Positions 12,641-23,704 of a DNA stretch of 64,000 nucleotides are shown one piece after another. Within the stretch, counting starts at the first letter, position 1, and each line of letters begins with the position of its first letter. Position numbers and translations under genes: made by a program. The notes beneath the pieces were generated by a model that had not been told where the DNA came from, made no database searches, and saw only the letters and a program-made list of their open reading frames with translations. The DNA is from Schizochytrium sp. TIO01 (taxonomy: Eukaryota > Protista > Bigyra: Labyrinthulomycetes): NCBI GenBank assembly GCA_004764695.1, contig SMSO01000036.1, positions 2,356,001 to 2,420,000 on the forward strand. Direction: 5' to 3'.

Positions 12641-13901
12641 AGGTTAGCGATATGGGATAACGGGGAGGAACGCGGCTGCGCTCGCTCGCGGTCGAGCGGT
12701 CCTTAGGGGTGTGCGGGGAAAGCGGGTCAGCAGTGACTTTTGGGCGACCTGCGAGCTTGGCGAACTTGGACTTGGACCTGGACCTGGACTTGAAGTAGAC
12801 GTTGAGGGAGGTTGAGGTTGAGGTTGAGGTTGAGGTTGAACTTGAGGCTGGACTTGGAGGAAGAGCGCTCGTCGATGGCGCGGCTCGTACCTGAAGCTGG
12901 AGGGAAAGCTTAGCTTAGGATGGTGCGGGATATCTGGGGTGGGTGGAGGAGATAAGTTTCACTTGTGGGAGTTGTCCTACCTAGATTTTTTAAGTTGTAG
13001 GGAGAGATGAAAGGGGGGAAAACGAACTCGCTTGATTGATTTAGGTACGCGACTGTGCTCCTTGCTACGTGTTGCCTGAAAAGCAGCCGATAGTAGGTGG
13101 GCAGACGGAGGTGTCGTCCTTAATCAATAGAGAAACGTCATGCAAAGTTATTTTCCTCATTTCATTGTCCTCTTCTGTTTTGTTTTTTTTAAAGAGAAAC
13201 GAAAAGAAAAGAAGAAGATTGAGTGTGATGCACAGAAACTTGAAAGGTGAATCGTCGGATCCAACTCTCAGAGCTGATGACGCGGAAATGAGAGCTTCGA
13301 CGGAAACAAATTTCCTGCATGCGAATTTTGTTTTGTTGTTGCCTTTTGCTGTTGCTCTTCCAGATTTTTCTATTGAAAAATATTTGATCCACAGGACGAA
13401 TACAAGATTGTACTTCATCTGAAATCTTGAAAACCAGTGAGTAAACGCCCTCCCGAACACAATCCACGTGCTTCCGTCTCTAATTTACCATATAGTAAAG
13501 ATGTTTGCTCGTTCTGTGGTCTTATTGGGGCTCCTGAAATTTCCCAGTTTCTCAGTTTCTCAATGGCGATTCCACCTGGCAAACGCATGAAGTACTCACT
13601 TCCTTATGATCTTAACTTACAACTAATCGGTGGCAAGGATTCTTGACAAGCACGAGTAAAAGTGAGCTGATCTGCTTTAAACAACAGAAAACTCAAAGGA
13701 AAAGGAAAGGAGCTTGTAATCGCCACGGCAAGGTAGATAGACGATAGAAGACTCTAATAAAAATCGAAAATGAACATGGTTTAGTGATTTGGTGCAGCCA
13801 GTCAGGGCAACGCTAGCTAATGCAGATTGAACAAGAACCCCTAAAAACAAACGGCGACAAATTTCGGCCGCCGCACCTTTTTAAAACGAATGACAACATG
13901 C

Positions 13902-15311
13902 CTACATGTACGCGGGTTCGGGCGAGCGAGGAGAGAGGTCGTCGATTTGCCGAGGAGAGTGGGGCATGTTCGATGAAGAACCAGATGCCGACTTGGAAGA
14001 ACCAGACGCAAGCGCACGCTTTTGCGATCGCAAATCATGAGCAGCGCGCAAGCTACCTTGAAGCAAGGAGTGTCCAACAACTCCAATGCGAAGCTCCATT
14101 TGCTTGATCTCGGCCTTAATCTTTGTGAGAGCCTTGCGAATCTTCTGCAACGGTGAAGTATCCACCATCGAGTTACCACGTGAATCCATGTTATCCTTCA
14201 ACTCCTCAAGTGCCTCGGTGACAGTGCTGAGTTCGTTTGATAGCTTTTCTACAGTTTCATTCGTAGTCTCATACTTGGTAGTGATCATTTTGAGAGTTTC
14301 CTGGACACCCTTATAATCACGAGCAATGGTCTCAAACATTCCGCCAAGAGCAGCTTCCTTGGTTTGGATACGTTCTAAAGAAGCAGTGAGGTCTTCATTG
14401 ATGCGGTTGAGCTGCTTAGTGCAGCTGGGTAGAATTTCTTGTATCATCGTGTTGTGCTTAATAGTCTGTTCAAGATGGGCTCTCCACTCATTGCCGGTGC
14501 CTTGTAAACCAGCCCGCTTCAGACGAGGGGTCACTCGTTCCAATTCAGCCTGCCATGCAGCCTGAAACTCAGGGCTCACCTCATTTTGCAGAATTGCAAG
14601 CTGAGAATCGACCTCCTTCTCCTCCCCTCCTTGCGCACTCATAGATGAATCTCCAGTTGATCCATTGCCATACGACCTGAAGCCACTGCCCTTGTTCGTT
14701 GCCATTGTACTTGCGCTTCGTACATGCTCACTAAAAAGAACCTCCTCTTCCTCGCTTTCGATTGCTTCATCGATGATATCGGTTTGCCCGAGGTCGGCAT
14801 CTTCATCAACTTCAGCTTCCTCGAAGCCATCTGTCTCTGGATAGGCAGGCTCGCGGAATTTGAAGCCTTGCTTCTTTAACGCCTTATCAGCTAAGAAGTC
14901 AAGTACGTTGCAAACAGACTCGCCATACGCTTGCTTGAGCCTTGTAACTGGGAAATCGGGTTCAAAGCCAATTTTCTTCAACGCCAGCATCATCTTGTTG
15001 GCACTTGTGTTTGGATCGTCGTATTTGTCCACAGAGAAATCATTACCTACGGCACCCATGAGCCAACTCACAAGCATGACAAAGGATACCCACTGTCCAT
15101 TGGCATTGGCTGCAGGTTCTGCAAAGAATGTCCTTGTGAATAGCGTTTGGTCTTTGCGGTAAACCACATCCAGATCGTAGTTGAGAATCTTCAGCTTTTC
15201 CACAATGTTCTCTGCTTGCAAAATAACTCCTCCATTCGACGTGTTCTTGGGCAAGCTCACATCGCCAAGCTCTGCTCCGCCCACCGCATCCTCTCCTTCG
15301 CGCGGAGGCAT
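13902..15311 (-). CDS. IFT57: Intraflagellar transport protein 57 (IFT57/HIPPI)
   Basis: EKLKILNY, YDDPN, KLK/RLK-type 'RLKQAYGESVCNVLDFLADKAL', WQAELERVTPRLK, WRAHLEQ and a C-terminal coiled coil ending SPLQKIRKALTKIKAEIKQMELRIGVV. First ATG at 15311. Confidence 0.95.
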   Translation of the reverse strand: MPPREGEDAVGGAELGDVSLPKNTSNGGVILQAENIVEKLKILNYDLDVVYRKDQTLFTRTFFAEPAANANGQWVSFVMLVSWLMGAVGNDFSVDKYDDPNTSANKMMLALKKIGFEPDFPVTRLKQAYGESVCNVLDFLADKALKKQGFKFREPAYPETDGFEEAEVDEDADLGQTDIIDEAIESEEEEVLFSEHVRSASTMATNKGSGFRSYGNGSTGDSSMSAQGGEEKEVDSQLAILQNEVSPEFQAAWQAELERVTPRLKRAGLQGTGNEWRAHLEQTIKHNTMIQEILPSCTKQLNRINEDLTASLERIQTKEAALGGMFETIARDYKGVQETLKMITTKYETTNETVEKLSNELSTVTEALEELKDNMDSRGNSMVDTSPLQKIRKALTKIKAEIKQMELRIGVVGHSLLQGSLRAAHDLRSQKRALASGSSKSASGSSSNMPHSPRQIDDLSPRSPEPAYM

Positions 15312-16890
15312 CTTTGTCGAAAGAACTTGGTTTTGTTCACTCCACAAGCGTCAAGAACCTGCGGTGTTGATCAGAGTATGTGTGTCTGTCTTTCTTTCTC
15401 TCTATCGACCAACCGCGCTTTGAGCCAGCTGCGCTCTCGTCAATTCCACTCCGTGAAAGCGTACAAGAGGACCCCGAGGCCTTCTGCAGCTCTAGTACGC
15501 TACAGCAAAGAAAGTCAACCAGAAAGCAAGCAAGAAAGCTAACAAGCTAGCATGCATGCATTCCCCGAACCGAGAGCGATGTTGCAGAGCTCTTCCAAGT
15601 TACCGTTAGCCCATTTTACACAATAATAGACCATATTACGTCAGCTTTGTGTAATTTGGTGACCAGCACTATGAGCAGGCTACTATGTATGTCATGGAAG
15701 TTAGAATAGGAGACCATATCAGTGTCGTGGCTTTTCGAGGGAAGACTTGGGCCTCAAAGGGTCCAGGACCAGGTTAGCTTGGAGTGACTAACTGTTGTCC
15801 TTCTGCACAGAACTTAACGAAACGATCCGGCGCGTCATACAGATTGACTCCATCTAGTTTAATTGTTACTTTTATTCATTTTAAATTAACTTTTAACTTT
15901 AAAATAAAATAAAATAATATTATTTCTTTACATAGAAAAGTATGGCTAACGAATGACTCACTGAGTACCTGCGATGCATGTATCTATTATATGCCTAACG
16001 CAAGGTCCTTTTAGAATATCGATGTGAAGGTTTGACCTATTGTTCTGACTCTTAATGTGGGGGGTGAGCGAGGGTGATTTAATTGCGGACTTGTTGCGGA
16101 CCAGTTTCGATCGAGTTTGCGGAACTCAAACAAACAAAAATACTACGAAGGGACTTAAAGGAGACTATGCAAAGTGAGACGAGCAGAGGTAACTTAACAA
16201 TATTCTTTTGAACGGTGGGCAGTATTGTCTCTCGCAGGTCGTTCACATAACACTCAGTTTGCGGAAGGAAAAGGAAACATTGCTTATTCAGCTTAGCTCT
16301 GTAGTGGATCGCTCACTTGAACTTCTTTATAGAGAGAGAAAGAGTGTATTAAGAGGCCAACGGACGCCCATCTGAAGTTAATTGATTTTTAATCTATCTA
16401 TATATTTAATTGCATGCCATTATGGTACCCACCAGTACCTTTTTTCTCATTCCTTATTTTGAATATTAAAACTCAGCAGCCGCGGCTCATTTAAAGATAA
16501 TTTGTAAGACGTCCCTGAGTTTAGCGAACCTCTAGAGGAAAATAAATTCTATATATTCTGTGAAACTTGATTAGACATTAAATAGTCATTTAGCTCAAGT
16601 GACTTGTAATCAAGTTTTACGTAATATACATGAGAAATAGACTCGCGCCAAGATAATTTAATAGCAATTTTGAGTTCTGAAGGAATAATAGTAATCAAAT
16701 CTTCACAAACTCATAAGCCTTCACAAATTAAAAGCTATATATGGATAGAATGAAAAATCAGTCAAAAGTTTATAATTGCTCAGTTTGACCGTCAGTATGT
16801 TCAGGATTGTTGTCAAGAAAAAGGAAAATATATAGCGAAGAGGAACGTGTGGTGATGAGTCAGGGAAGTCGTAAATATAAGGCAAAATCA

Positions 16891-19251
16891 TCACAACAAA
16901 AAAGCTTCCCGGCCTCGATCACGGAGCCACACGTGCTGCAATGCTTCGGCGGCAGTAAAGCGCTCGGTAGCATCGCGATTTAGAAGTTTGACGACGAGTC
17001 CAAGAGCCTCCTTGGAAATATGGCCAAACACTGGAGTGGGGAAAGCAAGGCTTTCTGTAAGACAATCCTTGTAGGGCACAAAAGGACGGATTCCACTGAG
17101 CATTTCATACAAAATGATGCCAACAGCCCAAATATCTACAGCAATCGTATAGGACTCTTGGCGCAAAATTTCTGGTGCCACATACCCCATGGTACCAACA
17201 AGGTCCGTATAAGGCACCTTATGCACATCGCCTGTATACTTGTAATACTTTACGTCGGGGACCTTGCGTGAAAGTCCGAAGTCGCACAGCTTGACCACCA
17301 AGCTGGACACTGGAATTTCGTCCGATGCACTAGTGTGCCGAGGACGAGCAAGCAAAAGGTTGGCGGGCTTGAGGTCACCCTGAAGGACACCATATCCATG
17401 CAAGTAGGTCACGGCCTCGAGGACCTGACCGATAATGTGGCGACAGTCTGACTCAGGAAGCTTACCGCCACGTCGAAGAAGAAGATGTTCAAGGTCACCG
17501 CCGTCTAGCTTTTCCATGACCAGGAAGAGACGCTTCGAATCTTCAAAGATTTCATAAAGACGCACAACGTTACGATGACGAAGGACTTGATGCAGCTCAA
17601 CCTCACGCTTGACCATTTGTTTCTCTTCCTCGGAAACAAGCAAGCGCTTGCGAACAATCTTGACTGCGAATTGATGTCCGGTAGAACGGTTTGAGCAGAT
17701 CTTACACACAGAGTATGCACCTTTGCCCAGAGACCCACTCTTGGACATATCTACCTTGTATTTGGTGGTGATTTCTTGCGTTCGGTTGATAATCCACGGG
17801 TTGGCTTCGATGGCATCGTCGGAAAGAGCCTCTTCATCAGACCCACCCTGGCTCGGGCCATTACTCGCACTCGTGGAAGAGCTAAAGTTCGAGGTTGTCG
17901 ACGAGCGTCCACGGCCAGAATCTTGCATGGATCGGGTCGACAAGGGTCTCGGCAAAGAGCTCTGGTGCTGCGCCTGTGTCGTGCGGGCCATGTAGGTCTG
18001 CATCGCAGTGTGCCGCGGCGAGGGTGGCGACTGGCCAGTGGTGGCACTGCACTCACCAGTAGAACGACACCTACGGCGAAGAGTAATTGGCATAGGTGCA
18101 CTGGGGAACTCAGCTTGTGAAGAAGAGTGTGTCATACCGTTACCACTTGGGCTCAAACTTGTGGAGCTGGAGCTTGTGGAGGATCCAAAGGCAGCAGGGG
18201 GGAGAGATAGCTCATCTAGTAGCAAGCTGGTGCGAGCAACAGAAAAGGATGTTGTTGGAAGCAACGGAGGTGATTCCACAAGAGGAGGTGGGGTCGACCT
18301 CGAGTTAGCCAGAATATTGTGGTTTCCACCATTTCCTGAGCTCAAAAGCGAGCTGAGGCCTGAAGACTGGGATACCGAATGGATGCCCGAAAATCCAAGA
18401 CCAAAGGAAGATACCTCCCGAGACGAGTAAGCCGGGTCGTCCTCTTCATCTTCTTCGTCAACACTTGCGTTGTTTGTGGGAACCTGCTCTTCGTCGTCCT
18501 CATTATTGTCCTCAGTTGAGAGTCGGCGAGTTTCATCAGGAACCATAGGAATTCGCGCAGCTCGGCTCTCAAAATACTCGGCATGAAATTGGTCTGTAGG
18601 GAACATGAACGAGGATCCATTGAAATAGGTTTCAGAGTCACTCAGATGGCCATCATAATCATAATGATCGGGGACGGATACGGTTCCTTCACTGAGGTTG
18701 TCTGGAAGGTCGATACGGAAAAATCGTAAGAACGGGTTCTGAGCACAAACAACACGCTCAGCCTCATCATCAGAATCCTCAGCAGCAGCAGCGGCGGCAG
18801 CAGCTTCTGCTTCTAAGGCTGCAGCTACATCATCAAGGTCAGACTCTGATACTGATGTCTGGGTACGCTGATGGCCATGCTCGGGATGCAGAATATGTTC
18901 TCCAAGGCCTTCGACATTACCAGCATCTTCTGCAGCCAGTCGATCAGCAGCGCTTGAGCTCATTGACTTGCGCAAGCGAGAGTAATTATGGAGTCCGTGG
19001 AGTTTAGAATACACTTTAGGTCCCATGTGGAACTGTCCCGTAAACGGATTGTGACGCCAAGATTTCCTTCGCTCGTGCTCTGCTCTGCTTAGCACATCCT
19101 CTCTGAAAAAGCGACTGCGTCCATTAGCTGCACTCGGAGCATGCTGAAAGGTGCCCAGGATCGGGTTGTGCCTTGGCATGTAGCCATAGGTCTGATGTCT
19201 GCTCCGCCTCTCAAAAGCCGGCGTCGCTGGCGACACCGGAGTCGTAAGCAT
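16891..19251 (-). CDS. CAMK-group Ser/Thr protein kinase with long disordered N-terminus
   Basis: LGKGAYSV, FAVK, EVE, HRNVVRLYEIFE, (Q)GDLKPAN, DFG, GTMGYVAPE, DIWAVGII, RFTAAEALQHVW. About 490 aa of Ser/acidic N-terminal region; no EF-hands. Confidence 0.93.
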   Translation of the reverse strand: MLTTPVSPATPAFERRSRHQTYGYMPRHNPILGTFQHAPSAANGRSRFFREDVLSRAEHERRKSWRHNPFTGQFHMGPKVYSKLHGLHNYSRLRKSMSSSAADRLAAEDAGNVEGLGEHILHPEHGHQRTQTSVSESDLDDVAAALEAEAAAAAAAAEDSDDEAERVVCAQNPFLRFFRIDLPDNLSEGTVSVPDHYDYDGHLSDSETYFNGSSFMFPTDQFHAEYFESRAARIPMVPDETRRLSTEDNNEDDEEQVPTNNASVDEEDEEDDPAYSSREVSSFGLGFSGIHSVSQSSGLSSLLSSGNGGNHNILANSRSTPPPLVESPPLLPTTSFSVARTSLLLDELSLPPAAFGSSTSSSSTSLSPSGNGMTHSSSQAEFPSAPMPITLRRRCRSTGECSATTGQSPPSPRHTAMQTYMARTTQAQHQSSLPRPLSTRSMQDSGRGRSSTTSNFSSSTSASNGPSQGGSDEEALSDDAIEANPWIINRTQEITTKYKVDMSKSGSLGKGAYSVCKICSNRSTGHQFAVKIVRKRLLVSEEEKQMVKREVELHQVLRHRNVVRLYEIFEDSKRLFLVMEKLDGGDLEHLLLRRGGKLPESDCRHIIGQVLEAVTYLHGYGVLQGDLKPANLLLARPRHTSASDEIPVSSLVVKLCDFGLSRKVPDVKYYKYTGDVHKVPYTDLVGTMGYVAPEILRQESYTIAVDIWAVGIILYEMLSGIRPFVPYKDCLTESLAFPTPVFGHISKEALGLVVKLLNRDATERFTAAEALQHVWLRDRGREAFLL

Positions 19252-20502
19252 GGCTGGTTTGCCCTGGCGTGGTTTGTTTGAGGTGGGTATGGCAAAATTG
19301 GCAGCGGCTCTTTCTTTCTTTGAGTTTATGCTTTCTTGATTGCCTAGCTTTCCTCTAATCTACGTCTCCACTGTAACCCTCTCAATGTAAACAGCGCAAG
19401 TGAAGAAAGAAGATACCCCTACCCTCGCTGAGATGAGGAATAGTTCCCGTTGTCGCCCACAGGAGAACAAGGAACTGAAATTGCTCGCGAACAGACTTAG
19501 ATATCACAGACCCAGCTCAAACGTCGTAATAATCAGCAACTTGGCTATATGGTGTGGGTGTGTGCGTGCGTGCGTGCGTGTGACGTCTCGGACCCTGGAA
19601 CTCGGTTCCCGATGTCTATCGTCACTTAGGAAATAGTAGGTACTTAAAAACCGCCAATTGAGTCTTCACGATACACGCAATGAAAGATCTACGCACCTCC
19701 CAGGGTGTCAATGTTTCTTTGGGGCGATCGTTTCTTGCTCTGCCTGGTTTCTTGACTTTGTCCACGCTCCTCAAGTCCTCTGCGTCAGTTCTTCCTCTTT
19801 TTCTTTTTTCTATTATTTAGGCTTTCGTGATATTAAAAAATCCTCTCGATTCTCTTCTTCGAACAGCCTTTACTCCCAAGCAAATATGTCGAAGCTGGTT
19901 GGTCTTCTCTTCTGCACCGCCCGAAGTCCTCTTTGGTCTTCAAGAGTTGTCCTGGCACCCTGCGATAAGGAGACAGCAGAACCTGCCCGTTTCTTCTCTA
20001 TAAACAATAGGCTTCACGAATGCGAATGATGACGATGAGCGGCTCACTCCCTCCCGCAGGCAAGGCAGAGAGGCAGGCACACAGGTTGTGATGTAATCGC
20101 TCGGTAGATCGACTTCCTCCCGTGCTGCTGGCCGTCTCTCCTCAACGTTTCTGAGCTTATCTCCTCCGTGTCAGAACCCCTGAGGCTTTCTTCTCTTTCT
20201 TGATGGGTCTCGGACGCCCTCGGGAGCGCGAGGCACGCGAGAGAGACAAGGTCACGGAGTGCAAGATTCGCTAGCTAGCTAGCTCGCTAGCTCCTGCTGC
20301 AATCTGCGAGTCGGCACAGCAGGACGGCCGTCGAAGCAGGCAACCTCACGCCTGCCCCTTGCACGTTGCCTTTCTACTTCTTCCGCGCCGCCACCTGCTC
20401 TGAGTCTGCTCCAGCGCTTTGGCTTTGCTGCTCTTCTCTTTCCGTCTAATCGCTCTGTGGCTCTTTGTCACTCTTTCTCTCTTTGTCAGTCTTTTCGCCT
20501 TC

Positions 20503-20503
20503 T

Positions 20504-20565
<62 letters not shown>

Positions 20566-20670
20566 TCTCTCTCTCTCAAATTCAAATTCAAATTCAAATT
20601 CAAATTCAAATTCAATTCAAATTCAAATTCAAATTCAAGTTCAAGTTCAAGTTCAAATTCAAATTCAAAT
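20503..20670. repeat. Compound microsatellite (TTTC)n-(CT)n-(TCAAAT/TCAAGT)n
   Basis: Direct tandem units visible; the source of several spurious ORFs. Confidence 0.95.
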
Positions 20671-21624
20671 CAAACTCAATTCTCAGAGCTTTTAAAAATA
20701 AATTTGAATTTGGACATCTCATTGCTACTAATCTACCTACGTGCCCACCTAGGAAGGTCTTTGAAATTTGAATTTAAGCTCTTTCACCTTTTTATTTCAA
20801 TTTACGTAGCAATCAACTTACTTTTGCTAAGCAAGCTGAGGAAAGAATTAATTAAGAAATATAAACTTTCTTTCTTTTGAGCAGACACTCAACTTTTGAA
20901 CAAAAACTGGCCAGGCTAAGGCCTACCTATGGGTTGGTTAGGACACGTTCTACTGTTCCACTGTTCTTCTTGGCCGTCTGTCTGTCTGTCTGTCTGTCTG
21001 TCTGTGTGAATGTCTGTCTGTCTGTCTATCACCAGTGAATGAAAGAATGAATGAATGAAAGAAAGAATGAATAAATTCTCGTTCTCATGGATCAATCAAC
21101 GCCTCGATTAGCTTAGAGACGCCCGTTTCTTCGCCCAACGCCTTCTTCGGCTTGGCTCCTGCGGCTGGAGGCCTTTCGAGTCTCGAGGCGCGCTGCTTCA
21201 ACCGGAATGACAGACAGAGCGCTTGAATTGGCTCAACCATTTCTTAAAAACTAACCCTCAATGATAATTACGATAACAAAATAGTAAACCATAAATAACA
21301 ATAAAAAGAGTAAAAAGGGAGTGTTTTCTTTCTTTCTTTCTTTTCTTTCTTTCTTTCTTTCTTTCTCCTTAACAAATAACCATTTCCATTTCCATTTCCA
21401 ATTCCAATCAATTCCAATCAATTCCATTTTCATTTTCGTTTCCAATTCCTTGCCAGAGTCTCGTTCCCAGGCCTCTGCAGGCGCTCGGGAGGGCAGCGCA
21501 GCAGCGGCCGCCGGCGTCCGCGGCCAGGACCTCAGGCCGCTGGGCCAGCTTCCAGAGGCCAGCAGGCTCAATCAATGGCTCAATGGGAGCGACGAAGGCC
21601 TTAAGCAGAGACAGAATACGATCA

Positions 21625-21745
21625 CTCATTCATTCACTCATTCATTCTCATTCATTCATCAATACATACATACATACATACATACATACATACATACATA
21701 CATACATACACACGTATATAGATAGAGTTAGTGAGTGAGTGAGTA
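21625..21745. repeat. Compound microsatellite (TTCA)n-(ATAC)n-(GAGT)n
   Basis: Direct tandem units visible. Confidence 0.9.
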
Positions 21746-23251
21746 AGTACGACGCTTCTTGATTCAATTATTGATTTAGCTTTATAGTATTCTTATCAGA
21801 AATGGCTTTGAATGAACGACTACCGTAGTTTACTTTACTTTCAGGAGAAGAAAGAGCAAATCGACTTTGGTCGAACTTGCTTGATTTTAAAAAAGGCCCA
21901 CAGTACGCACTTCTTTCTTTCCCTCCATTGCTCAGTTTTCTTCGTTTTCTTTCAAAGTTCTTTCTTTCTCTCTTTCTTTCTTTCTCGCTCCTGTGTCTCC
22001 GACGAACTTTCAAGAACGGGAACGAAGACTTCTTGTTCTTCGAGGCACATGCTAAGAAGAAGGAGGAGAAGGAGAAGGAGAAACCGCTTCGAAGAACAGC
22101 AGAAACACGACAGAACGGACACACGCAGCGAAGAAGAACTTGAAAGAGAAGAAGCCAAACGAGAAGAAGTCGAAGGAATTCAAGGAATGCAAAGAACTGA
22201 GGCCACAGAGATGGAACCAGAGAGAAAGTGAGGGAACGAAAGAGAGAACTTGAGAAGTGGCAGATCAAAGGAAAAGCCACATCACTGTGGTTAATGTGGG
22301 AGTGGAAGCCATCCATATGTCCCCAAACAACACCCACTGCGGAGCCTCCAGCTACGACTGGACACACTGGCCCACAGCAAGCCCGGCAGGGTGTGCTACA
22401 AGAAATGGATACGCTAAACAGTAAATACACCGCGGCAAAGCATGTTGGAAAGCCCCTTACCGCTCCCACAGTCCATAGAAATCAGATATGTGAGCCTAGG
22501 GTGACGGCGCCGGAAGTGTTTGCAGGGTGAGAGTCTCCCTGCTCCGCTAAACTTGTATCAATACATGCGCAGCAACTGGCCAACTTCCCACAGTGCCATT
22601 CTGAGAAGCTGGCGCTTCCTTCTTATGCGGGCGGCCCACCGGACTGAGCGAACGTATACACTAATGTCAACACTTCTCCCTTATCTACCCCCCACCGGTT
22701 CTCTGGTTACCCTGCTTCTAACCGCGCACACGGGGGTCACCTTGCAAGTAATCGTGCGGGGGCCAGATTTCATCCCTAAATAGGCCTTTTTATTCAAAAT
22801 AGACCGCCTCCATCCCAGACCAGGTTGCCATAACACCTCTCCCGGAGTGCACCCCGGCTCCCCCTCCCTGTGATTGCGGGAGGGGACAGCGAGGGGCAGT
22901 ATGGGAGTACTCTCCTCGCGGCGTTCCGGGCGTGAGGCCTTGGTCTCGACCTCATAATCCGCTCATTCGAGGAACTGAGACCATACTATCTATTATTATT
23001 ACGCTATTATGCTATGGCTTCTTTCTTTGACTTTTTTGCTCGATGATTGATGATGAAGAAGAAGGATGAAATTGACCCATTTTGTTGCGCTCGCCATCCA
23101 TCGCCATCGTTGGTCTGCAGAAACTAGCACTTAAAACATCGATGAACTGGGAGTCCTTCGAGAGCCGCGAAACCGTCCGTCGCTCAGGCTCTCCAAGTCC
23201 GCTCGTATGGATGGCCACCCCAAAACCTGTCTGCTCCATCTGTTGTTTGTT

Positions 23252-23295
<44 letters not shown>

Positions 23296-23544
23296 TGTTT
23301 GATGTTGTTTATATTGAAACTGTTTATTTGAGATTGTTTATTTGAGATTGTTTGTGCCGTTCTATCGACATAATAAGAAGCGCTTCCCAGGAAGTCCACC
23401 CTCAAGGTTTTCAGACTGTGTCGATCAAAGGAGATATCACAGCGCAGCACAGACAACTGACTGAAGATAGGGCAGAAGAAGGAGATTTAGGCGGTGTCCA
23501 CCAGTTCGTTATGATATCTTGCACACTCCTCCATTCCAGTCATT

Positions 23545-23704
23545 GAGTGAGTGAGTGAGTGAGTGAGTGAGTGAGTGAGTGAGTGAGTGGCTTTTGCTTC
23601 GGTCGTCCGTCTTTGGTCTCTTTGGGCTGTTTACAGAGGGAAAGTTCTCTCTGTGAATCAAGTGAAGTGGAGTGAAGTGGAGTGAAGTGAAGTGAAGTGA
23701 AGTG
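23545..23704. repeat. (GAGT)n and (GAAGT/GGAGT)n microsatellites
   Basis: Tandem units at 23545-23589 and ~23660-23704. Confidence 0.9.

Noticed and set aside
20346-22469. ORFs rich in FFLS, KKER, NLNL, HTYI
   Set aside because: Translations of microsatellites; the same applies to ORFs near 10.8-12.6, 38.7-39.2 and 54.4-55.2 kb.
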